A DNA stretch of 64,000 nucleotides from positions 1,800,001 through 1,864,000 of the forward strand of contig NC_045696.1 of assembly GCF_009834535.1 (NCBI RefSeq). The letters run 5' to 3'. The translations under genes and the position numbers were made by a program. Origin of the DNA: Camelus ferus. Lineage: Eukaryota. Under the pieces are notes generated by a model, which saw only the letters and a list, made by a program, of their open reading frames with translations, did not search any database and had not been told where the DNA came from. Of the stretch, positions 1 to 37,301 are shown piece by piece (position 1 is the first letter of the stretch; each line of letters starts with the position of its first letter).

Positions 1-122
1 CCAGAAGCCCACCCTGCCGGCGCCTGGACCTTGACCTGCAGCCTCCAGAGCAGCGAGAGCAAAGGTGCCTGTTGTGGAAGCTGCCCGTCTGTGGCATCTT
101 GTCATGGCAGCCCGAGCTGACT
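1..122 (+). mobile_element. MaLR (MLT1-type) LTR 3' fragment
   Basis: ...GCAGCCTCCAGA...TGTTGTGGAAGCTGCCCGTCTGTGGCATCTTGTCATGGCAGCCCGAGCTGACT resembles the MLT1 3' end. Confidence 0.6.
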
Positions 123-151
123 TCCCTCATAAAAATAAAAGCTAATTTTTT

Positions 152-288
152 GGTTGGCTTTCTAGTTTTCAGGGGGCCTGGTAATTAGGCTTATTTATTT
201 ACTTTTTTTGATGGAGGTACCGAGGGTTGAACCCAGGACCTTGTAACGCACGCCAGGCACGTGCTCTACCCCTGAGCTATGTCCTCCC
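152..288 (-). mobile_element. tRNA(Ala)-derived SINE (camelid Vic-1-like)
   Basis: Reverse complement GGGAGGACATAGCTCAGGGGTAGAGCAC...GGTCCTGGGTTCAACCCTCGGTACCTCCA with A/B boxes. Tail AAATAAATAAGCCTAATTACC. Degenerate AATAAAAGC... target-site duplication on both sides. Confidence 0.8.
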
Positions 289-357
289 TAATAAAAAGCA
301 AACTTTTTACAGCTGGGAGGACGCGGTGGCGCCTGGAGCCCTGCCACCCGCACTCAC

Positions 358-18629
<18,272 letters not shown>

Positions 18630-19516
18630 GCCAACGGCCCTGCTCCAGCTCCACAGCTCCCGCTCCCTCTGGACGGGCTTTTCTCCAGCTTTCGAGGCTG
18701 AGAGGTCTGGAGGCAGGCCACGGGGACCACTGCAAGGGGCTGGGGGGATGAGGCACGTGTTCCCTCATGGGTAGCCCGTCCACGTGTCCATCTGCACAAT
18801 TTCCTGACTGCCTGAGCTCGGTCCCCATCGGGCACTGGGCAGTCGAGGCACTGGCACATCCCAGGGGCCCAGGAGCCATTCATAACAGGACAACTCAAGT
18901 CACTGTGATGCACCAGAGAAAGAGCGCCAGCCCCACCCCACCACTCCCAGATGCCTGGCAACGCCCACGAGCCCAAGGATGGGGCAGGGGGTCGGGGTAG
19001 GGGGGGACTGCCTGGTCGTCACACATGGTGCACATTCTGGGGTCCAAGCCTCATGTGTCCAGACATTCATTCACTTATTTTGTTTTCCAAAAAAGATGGG
19101 GAGGGGCACGGCTCTCTGCTCTGAGACACAGGCCCTCGAAACACAACAGGTCTCCGTTTCTCCAGCCCTTCCCTCTGGCTCTGACCTGCTCTCCATCACC
19201 GGGGCCCCAGGAAGCAGCAGTTTACAAATGGGAGAAGACAAACACGTGTAAACCCCACAGGCCTTCCCTGGAGCCATGGGTGCCCATGGGTGCCCATGGG
19301 TGACATCCCGTGACGTCGCCCTTGATGTCACCCCATGTCACCAAAGGTACCATCCAGGGAGGCAGCCCCCCAACCCCTGCTCCAAGGGTGTGAACGGGGC
19401 CGCCTGGCCAGAGAGCAGATCACAAGGTCTCCCCCACCCCCACCCTGGAGCCCTTTCTGGCCACATCCTCTTCCCACACGTGACAGTGACTGCCGGACAG
19501 TCTTTTCTCTGCCCGC

Positions 19517-20012
19517 TGTTGGGGCCCAGCGTAGCTGGCCCCAAAACATGACTCAAAGGCGTACTGATTATCTTAAAGTTACTTCAGAAACGGCCGACAC
19601 AAGAGGGACCCCTGCCCCTCCTCTCCGTCTCCCTAAAAGCAGGAAACTAACCCCCCATGTGTAAGGACATAGAAGGACACCCTGTCGCCAGAGACAGGGA
19701 TTCAGGCCGAGAAGCCTGGGCAAACCGCCCTCGTGACGCCTTTCCTTGGCGGCCCCGAGCCCAGACCGCTCAGATGCTTCAGTCATCGGGCACGCAAAAC
19801 CCAATGTCAGCTGCTGTTTCTTTGTCTAAAAAGTATAAAGCTGCTCCTTTGGCCACATTTTAGGGTTCACTTCTGTGGGGCCTCCAGGCACACGAATTCA
19901 AATTCAGGCTTCTTTTTCTCCTGTTAACCTGTCTTGTGTCAATTTTACGATTAGTCCAGCCACCAGAACCCAAGAGGGCTGGAGGGGGAAGTTCCCCACC
20001 CCCGCCCCCACA
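19517..20012 (+). mobile_element. ERV1 solo LTR (MER34/MER39-like)
   Basis: TG...CA ends, TATAAA at about 19834, TTTTTCTCCTGTTAACCTGTCTTGTGTCAATTT U5-type motif. Confidence 0.65.
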
Positions 20013-20339
20013 GCATCGTCCAGCTGCAATACGTGGTCACCGCGCACCAGGAGGATGCAGGGGACTCGTCGGGAAGGGAGGCGCCCGCCCAGCTCTCACC
20101 GGGTCCACCGGGCCCACCTGGCCCACCTGGCCCACACTCTTCAGGGCCACTCAGTTCAGTGCTGGGCCTTGGGGTTGAGTCACCTGGTCGCTGGCACTCA
20201 GGGCTCAGGCCACCCCTCCTCTGTGCCCTCGCTCCTCCCCCTGGGCTCCTCCCTCCCCGCTTGCCCCTGTGCCAGGGTCCCCCCAGATGCCCACACCAGC
20301 TCAGAGGAAGGGAGCTAAACCTCCCTCACATGAAGCGCC

Positions 20340-21120
20340 AGGATAACACAGAGCGCTGGCAGCAGGACCGGGTGCTGGAGCCACAAACACCCGCAGAAGG
20401 GGAGGCAGCTCTGGAGCTGAGCACGAGGCAGAGCCGGAAGAGTCCGGTGGGCAGGGGCCCTGGAAAAAGCCTCCCCGACCGTGGACAGACAGGAGTCTCC
20501 TGAGAGAAGAGCTAAGTGGTCACCAGCAGGGTGCTGGTAGAAACGTGACTAAAGGCCATTCTGCTGAAATCTCAGATGGAAAGGAGGACAGTGTGATTGG
20601 AAACTGGAGGAAAAACAGTCGTGTTATAAAGGGGCAAAGAGCGTGGCCAAATGGTTCCACATACTGGTGTTTTGTGGAAGAGAGAACTTGTAAATGACGA
20701 AAGTGGAATCTGGTTGAGGAAACAGCTAGCCAAAGATGCACATACAGACTGGCTTCTCCTGAAAGCTCCCAGTGCAATGCAGGGAGAGAGAGAGGGCTTA
20801 AAGACGGAACTGTTCATCAAAAAGGATGCAGAATTTAGAGATCTGGGCGGCCTATCGACACTGAAAGCGGTGAGAAAGCTCGTGCAGGAGAGAGGATGGG
20901 GGGGCAGCCGTACTTGGTAACGATGCAGGGGTGGCTGGTCATCTCAGGAAGCTGGGAGCCCTTCATCCAGCTGGGGGAACGCACCGGTCATCTCAACAGA
21001 AGCCGGGACCCATGTCCACACAATAGAAGACTGAGCCTGAGGCATTTCGGAGATCAGGGGCTGCCCTGCCCCGGGAGGGCGTGTGGGACAGAATGATTTC
21101 AAAGGAGGGGTCGCAGCTGC
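20340..21120 (+). mobile_element. MaLR internal (MLT/MST-int) fragment
   Basis: AAAGGCCATTCTGCTGAAATCTCAGATGGAAAGGAGGAC...ATTGGAAACTGGAGGAAA signature. Confidence 0.65.
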
Positions 21121-21929
21121 CATGCACCCCTCCCATCTTGGGCTCAGCTCCCCAACCCTCCCCACCCATGTCCCCCTGTCCAACAGTCTAGGCCCTGGGA
21201 CAGTCCAGAAACCCAGGGCTGACCATGAGCTTACAGAGTCCCCCACCCAACCTTTCCTAGGGTTCTTCTCCCCTAAATCGTATCATCAGTTGCTCTCTTC
21301 ACAAATCATCGAGAAGCAGATTTGTCCCCGTTTCACAGCTGAAATTTTCCACAAGCAGTTAGTATGGGTGTGTTGAGAAAACTCTAAAAGTAAGTGACTT
21401 CCGGGGGTGAGGGGGCGGATCTACAACATAGGCCTGAATACACAAGTCACACCACACGCACACCTATAGACATCACCTAGCAGGATCCTCGAGGGGCCCG
21501 TGACGGTGCTGCTACAGAGTGAGGGGCATGAGCAGGAGCAACGAGTGACCTCCAAATCAGGACCAGAGGGGCTCAGGAAGACAAGGCTCCTCCTGGTACC
21601 CTGCCCACCCCAGCCCAGAAGACTTACCAGGAGATAGAAGCCCCGGCTGGCCAGGCACACTGGACTGTGTGTGTGGGGCTGGCCTGGGCACACTGGCTGC
21701 GGCTGGATGTGCACCCCTCTCTCTACTTCTCTAAACCCTGTAGCTGCTCTGGCTCCAGCATCCTCTGAAATCCTAGCTGTGAAAGCATTTTCCAGACTAT
21801 AAATAGCCACATGCGGGTGAGGGGAGAAGGAAGTAGCAGCCACAGAAGCGGGCCATGAGGTCTTGGGGGGTAGGTGGAGTTCAGAGCAAGAGCCTGAAAT
21901 GGCCAAGTCCCTGAGCTCCCCACGACCGG

Positions 21930-22700
21930 GCTCGGCGCTCTGGTCAGACCGCACCCAGCCCTGTCGCGGCGCCGCGGCGCAGCCCGGCGGATGCCCGCAC
22001 CCTGCTGCGTGAGTCCCTGCGCTCCGCGCCACCACAGACCGGCTGCACCCACGCACCCGGCACCCGAGCCCGCGCCCACCCCTCTGCGTCCCGGCTCACC
22101 CAGACCCGCGAGCCCGCATTCGCCCCGGAGCCCCAGCCGCGCCCCAGCTCCCGCCCCCCAGCCTGCGCTCTGCTTGTGCCCGCTGCCCGACCCGCAGCCC
22201 TGCCCACCGGCGCACCCTCCGCTCCAGCGCCGCCCGCCGCCTCGTCGCCGCACGTCCTCCATCCCCGGCGCGCGTACCTGCTCCGAGAGGTGCCCGCGCC
22301 CGCGCGTCACCCGCGCCGCTGCGCAGGACGGCCGCCCTGGCCCCGCGGGGCCGCCCGCATCTCGGGCCAACGGCGCCCCGCAATGCGCTCTGCGTCATGG
22401 CTCCGGGGAGCGCAGCCCGCCGCGTCCCGCACCCGCGGCTGGAACCAGACACTCTCACCGAAGCCGGCGCGGGCCGACCTCCCGAGCGCCCCCACCTCCC
22501 GCCGCGAGCTGTGGGTCCGCCTCCCAGGGGATACCTCCTCCCAGGGGGCTACGGAGAGCGCCTGCCCCGTGCAGCGATTCTCCGCGGGAAGGGCCGGAGC
22601 TGGGCAGGGGTTGTGTCAGCGGGGGCGGGAGACCCCGTGGGCCTGGGGCCTGGGGAGCTACTTCCCCCAGCGGCGGGCCGGTGCCCTCGCCATCTTCCTG
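21930..22700. promoter_or_regulatory. CpG island about 3.5 kb upstream of the TRPM2 ATG (probable upstream TRPM2 promoter or non-coding exon)
   Basis: Very high CpG and GC density; minus-strand donor-like sites at 22277 and 22099. Confidence 0.65.
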
Positions 22701-24269
22701 GGGGACCCAAGGCCAGGAGACCATGCCGGGTAAGGCAGGACTAAAAGGGGCAGGAGGAGCGGGAAAGATGTGACCACACAGCATCACCCTGGCAGGTGCT
22801 GGCCACTGGGCCCCACAATGCCTGATTTCGACCCTCCTGGCTGGAGGACTGAGGACTGAGTTCTGACTCCTGAAAACCTGTTCTCAGTTTTCCCTAAAGG
22901 TCCAAACTCCCTGGCCACAACTCTCTCACCCTGCAAAGGCTCTCTGCCCTCTCCTTCCAGGCTGCCAGCCCACAGTGCCCCACAGCCACTCCTGGGCCCC
23001 CAGGGAAGTGAACAGGGTCCCGTTGCCTCTCTGATACCGAGGCCCAGAGGCTGCCAACTGACCCCTCATTTCCTCCCCTGAGTGCACTGACCAAGTGTCC
23101 AGACACCTGCCCAGAGCACCCTCCTCTGGAGTGCCCTTTGCCCCCACCTGCCCCTGCTCTCTGCTAGGAGCCAGCTGGCAGCGCCACAGGTCCACCGGCC
23201 AAAGGGTGGCCCCGGCGTCATTCCCCCACTATTGGGAGGTCTCTGAGCAGCTTGGGAAAAGTGTGAGACCCATCAGAGCCGCTTGTACAGCCCTGGTTTG
23301 TTTTGTTTTTTCAAAACACTATGATACACGTGAAGGTAGCTGGAGCCTCTCCTCCAAAGCGGTTGGCAGCATGGAATTAAAGAACAGCAACGTGGGACTC
23401 GTGCCCCGGCTCCAGCCCGCAGGCCCGCACGCTGCAGGGCACAGCCCCCGCCCAGCCCTGCTGCGTTCTCCGGGCCCAGCAAGCAGTGAGTGGCCGCCCA
23501 GGAGTGAGCCTGCCGCAAGCGGCATCTGAGACCCCAGTGAACAGGCAAAGGAAGCGGAGACCCACCCGTGTCCGTGGCTGGTTGTGGGCAGCTGTGTCCA
23601 GACTCTCACCCAGTGCTCCTTCCCTGATGCCCTCTGGCCCGAGAGCCATCTCATTGACGGAAAGCGTACGGGGTACAGTTAATATTTCACAAGACAGCAG
23701 TAACTGCAGATCCGTCCGATGGACAGGCACGGACGGGCTGGCTTTTGTTTCTAAGTATCCCAGGGCCTCCATGGGAACATCGCTTGAGGTGAAGTATTTC
23801 ATGAATCAGGCTTCTGATGAAACATCTGTACCCACACTGTCCCCATGGGGCTCCTTCCCTTCTAAAGAACCACATGTTTCACAAGAAGGCCACATTCTAT
23901 CTGTTGGACACCCTGCAAGAGCCATTCTGAAGGCTTCCCGTCAGAACAGAAAGCAGGAACCAGCAGCAGAGACAGCAAGTGCCGACCTGGATGGACGGTC
24001 GTTTCAAGCTCAGAGAAGGGAAGGCAAGGCTGAGGACTGCGTCATAGTGCGGACAGCGTGTCCAGGATACAAAGCCCCCAGCCCTGGCCGCAACAGAAGG
24101 CCACAATCCCTGAAAAAGACAGAGATCTGATCCGTGAGCATGGCCACTCTGGTCATGAAGAATACACCAGAGCAGAGAAGCCAGGTTGCCGGCTCCTCGG
24201 AGAAGAATGAAGGGAGGCAGGGAGGGCCTGAGGGATGGAGGGTGCGGCCAACATGGCCAGAGCCTAGAG

Positions 24270-24488
24270 CAGGGGCTGCAGACGTCTTCTGTGTAGGGCC
24301 AGAGGGTAACTAGTTCAGGCTTTGCAGGTGACGGTCTCTGCTGGAGCTACTCAGCTCTGCCCATGCAGCCAGAAGGCAGCCACGGGCAAAACATCAGTGA
24401 GCGGGTTGGCCGTGTGCCGATAAAACTTTATTCACGAGAACAGGCAGTGGCTGGATCTGGCCAGTGGGCTGTGCGTTGCTGACCCCTG
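24270..24488 (+). mobile_element. MER58A-like hAT MITE, apparently full length
   Basis: CAGGGG...CCCCTG terminal inverted repeats; 8-bp TSD GCCTAGAG/GTCTAGAG; internal ATAAAACTTTATT motif. Confidence 0.85.
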
Positions 24489-25999
24489 GTCTAGAGAGAG
24501 GACCAAGAGAAGTGGGCTCCGGGCCGGGGAACAACGTTGTTGTCCTTCATCACTTCACTTCCGAGGTCAGCAGATGACCTGCATTCCAGAAGCATCTTAT
24601 CATAAAGGACTGCCCACAGGAGCAAGTGGCCATGGTGGTGCTGCACAGGGGTGTGAAGACTGTGGCCGCCCTAGTGCCACGGGCCTGCCCAGAAAGCTGG
24701 GCCAGGTGGCCCATTCATTCTACAGCAACCATGGGGAGAACAAAGCTGGAAATGACCCCACGTCTGAACAATCTCTCAGGACACTGAGTAAAATGAATAA
24801 ACACAGGCCGTTCTTCTCTGCTACAAGTCCATTCTGTGGTTTGCTGCAGAGTCCATCCGTCCTGACCACTCTGTGCACTGGCCAGGGTCACCTGGCAGGG
24901 GAGGAATGGGGAGGGCAGGGAGGCCCGTTCACTTAGCAGGTTCCCCCCTGCCACATGTCAGGCTCCCCATGTCTGTTTGCAGTCCTCATGACCCAGTGTG
25001 GCAGGAAACCTCCTCACTCCCCAGAGATGATGGAGTGGGGACTCCGGGACCTGCCAGGGCTGGTATGTGAATGCCTCTGCAGACCCTGCATGCATCTCGG
25101 TCAGCCAGCCCACAGTCGTTTCCTGAAGCCTCACCACAGGCAGGCCGTCTAGGGGCTGGGGCTCTGGGAAAAGGAGGTGCTCAGACCCACAGTCCAGGGG
25201 AAGAACAACAGAGACCACCTCAGGTCATGATAAACACTGAGGAGTCAGGGTAGGGGGGCGGGGCTTGGGCAGGAGCTGGAGACAACGGGGCTGGTGTCAG
25301 GCCAGGCTGGAGGGCCCTTCTGAGCTGGGCTGGGAGGAAGTAATGGATCGAGCTGGAAGAATCTGATGAATGGCATCTGAACCCAGGGACAAGCAGGTGC
25401 AAAGGCCCTGAGGTGAACTCAAGTTGTGTGTCTGAGGACCAAGAGGCATGCCATGGTGGCTGGTGAAGTGTGCCGGCAAGTGTGGCAGGAAATGAGGGGA
25501 GGTGGGCAGGGGCCAGATCTCTCAGGATCTTCTGGCCCCTTGATCAGCTGCCTATTGCACGGGACCCTGTGCTGGTGGATCAAACTGCAGTGAGCCCTCA
25601 AACCGTGGTGCTGGCTGAGGCCCCGGGAAGGAAAGCCAAACCCAGAACGAGAGAGTGTCTGTCCTGCCCAGGTGCATCTCAGTCCCGTCTCCCCGTCCCT
25701 CTGTCCAAGCCGCAATGGCCTCCCCCTCCCTGATCACCAGCTAGCACTGGACTGGCTGAGGACAGAGGCTGATGGCCGTCAGGTAGCTAAGGCATTGCCC
25801 TCCCAGGCTGTCCAGCGTCTCATCTGTGCTGGACACCCCAGTGGCCTAAGTGTGGGGTTTGAGAATCTTCACACTATGGCCCACCCTAGTGCCTCTTCCA
25901 GACCTTCTTGTCCCCAATTCTCCAGTCTTACCTCTTTCCAGCCCCCTATCAGAGGGTAAGGCCATTCCTGCCCTCCCGTGAATCCACTTGTGGTCAGTG

Positions 26000-26450
26000 C
26001 CCTCCCCCAACACAGAGCAGAGGAGGAGGCGCTCCACGTGGGGCCCGGGACCTCCTGCTCACCTACGCATCTTGCTTATGTGCCAAGGCTGTGAAGCCAT
26101 TTCCTCGGGTTGTTCCTACAGCTGGTAACCGTGAGAGCTGAGGGAACATCGCCCCTAGACCAAGATGAGGACTGCTCACTGCTTGCTGGAAAAGGGTGGA
26201 GCCAGAGCCCTCTGCTCCTTCCTGGTATTCCTGTGCACCCGAAAGCGTGTGCAGCAAGCATCCACCGAGCCCCCTGCGTTACTCCCATGAAACTCAGGGG
26301 TTAGGGAACTGATGCAAATGTGCCAAAGCCATGAGGAATAAACTGACTTTTGTCTCTGACCCAGGAGTCAGTCTCCTGCTGGCATTTGTGAAGGAGTAAC
26401 AGGCTTAGGGACCTGCAAGCGGGGTCAAACCAAGTCCCAGGCCAACACCT
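26000..26450 (+). mobile_element. Old ERV LTR remnant
   Basis: AATAAACTGACTTTTGTCTCTGACCCAGGAGTC R/U5-like motif; boundaries uncertain. Confidence 0.45.
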
Positions 26451-27081
26451 GGCCGTTGCAGGCATCAGCCTTCACCTCTGTCCTCCAAGGCCACCTGAGA
26501 GAGACATCCAGCAGCTCTGTCCATTTCCACCCACACCCTGAGCAGGCCACCCTTACCAGCTGATCAGAGGAGCCCCCGTGTGGCCACAGGCACTGGTACA
26601 ATGGTGGAGGCGGCATGGGGGACTGGGCCACCTGTGCTCCAGCTTTCTGCGCCCTGCCCCACACCCCCCTCACACCCGGTTCCACTCACCTGGGACTCTT
26701 GCTGGGCCCACGCACCCCGAGGCAGAACCCAGGCATGGAAGATGGGTCTCAGGGCGAGAATCTGACTGATAAACTCTTCACAACACTGCATGTCCCAGCA
26801 AAACACAGCGCCCAGGACAAAACACAGAGCGCACAGCAGTTGTTAAACTACTGTGTGGGAGTGCTTTTCTCTTTTTCCAATTCCTTACATCGTTTTTACG
26901 ACAAAAATGGTGGGGCTGGATGGGATGGAAGGTCCTATAGCAAAATCCCACTCTCCCCCACTGAATCACCACTCCTCGTCCTGCCACGGGCCTCTCCTAC
27001 AGGCAGGTCCTCCATCAGCCTCCGGGACCCTGGGCTTCAGATGTTGCTGTGATGTCCTGGGAAAGCAACCTTTGACCTCCG

Positions 27082-27450
27082 TGAAAGAAAAAGTTATTCT
27101 GACATATGTTAAAAGGATAAGGAAGACTTTACTCCAGATTATTGCAATTAGAGGAGAGAGACTGGGCTGAACTCCAAGTTCAACAAGGAAAAGGGGGGTT
27201 TATGAGAGAGGGGTCCATAGATAGAAAGTTACTAAGAGACTTCAAGGGCAGGGGATGTTGCTAAAGACAGGCCAAGAAGACAGATACCACTTGGGGGAAC
27301 GAGGAGCTTAATCAGATGATGAGGGCGATCAGAGACCAAAGGTGGGGGTGACTTAGCAGGATCTTTGCTAAGACTGGGCTGGGCAGGCCAAAGACAGGAC
27401 CAGGGCCTAGTGGAGAGAGCTCCCCTAGGAGGCTAAGTTTGGTCTTGTCG
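27082..27450 (-). mobile_element. ERV1 LTR (MER31-like)
   Basis: Minus strand begins GACAAGACCAAACTTAGCCTCC...CTCTCCACTAGGCCC and ends ...TTTCTTTCA. Confidence 0.6.
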
Positions 27451-27459
27451 CCTCTAACA

Positions 27460-28005
27460 GGTCTGAGATCCCACATACCTGTCTTAATGTACCGTGCTGC
27501 TGTGAACGAAAAGCTGCCTGCCATGTCAGTAAACAAAGGATGCGGCGGCCATCAGGTCATCACCCATGACCACAGCCCCGGTGAGCCAAGGGAACTCAGG
27601 AGGGAGACAAGCGGGCAGCCCGGCCTCTGCAGCCACCCCCAGCGGTGCCCCCGAGGGGACTCAGGATGTGGAGGAACAGAACACGGGCCCTGGACAGCTA
27701 GGTGCACATCAAAGGAACAATTTCTAAGAGCCCAGACTTTGCACTTTCCCACACAGAAAAGTGCTAAATCCCTTGACGTGAGAGGTCTCGTTTTCTTCAG
27801 TTAACAGTCATTTTTTGATGTTCCAACCACCTGGTCTTTGCTGCAAAAACTCCTATATCCTGGCTTCTACCTTGCCGCTTCGGGGCCGTCCCTCAGAGCT
27901 CCCTCGGAGCTCCGGGAGGCCGCATCCCAGCCCGAGTCCTCAGGAGGGTGCCATGAATAAAACACAAGTCTCAGCCTTTAAGACGCCCTTTTTTTCCAGC
28001 GGACA
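27460..28005 (+). mobile_element. ERV1-type solo LTR directly upstream of the CFAP410 promoter
   Basis: AGTAAACAAAGGATG, GACTCAGGATG, TATAT at 27854, AATAAA at 27956, ends ...GGACA. Confidence 0.6.
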
Positions 28006-28249
28006 CCGCCCAAGTAACCTCTGACTTCTAAAATGTTCCAGTACTCGTGAGGTCTCGCGGCTGGCCCGCACCTTTGGCCCCGCCTCCTTGCCTTGAATGC
28101 TGAGGGGCAGGGGGTCAACACAGCCCTAGGGACTGCCCTGGCTGTCTCCTCTCGATGCTTTAAATCTCTGTAATTCAGGGCAGTTTAGAGCCCACCATTC
28201 CAAACGCTCGGGGCTGGGGGCTGGGGGCAGGTCCCACCCCGTCGCAGCA

Positions 28250-37033
<8,784 letters not shown>

Positions 37034-37295
37034 CTCTGGGCGGGGCTGCCAGGCCCTCCTCCCAGGACCCTGTGCTGAAGGCCAGCATCTTCCCGAGCAC
37101 CTGGGGGTTGGAGGCACAGCCGTGGCCTCGCCCCAGCACACGGGGCTGCGTCCTCAGGCAGCAGAGCTCTCGCTGTGGACGGGGGCCGCGGGGAAGGCAG
37201 GTGCCAGTGGGCGGACCCGCCCCTGTGCCCTCCTTGGCGGCAGGGCCCACCTTGCCGTGGCCTCCCTGAAGGGGGACTTGGCGGCCACTCTCCGT

Positions 37296-37301
37296 AATAA
37301 A
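37296..37301 (+). terminator. CFAP410 polyadenylation signal AATAAA
   Basis: AATAAA about 260 nt after the stop codon, followed by GT/T-rich sequence. Confidence 0.7.

Noticed and set aside
21991..22773. Overlapping 185-260-aa ORFs on both strands
   Set aside because: Typical CpG-island stop-codon depletion; Pro/Arg/Ala/Gly-biased.
23486..24130. 214-aa intergenic ORF
   Set aside because: No recognisable family, start context or exon structure.
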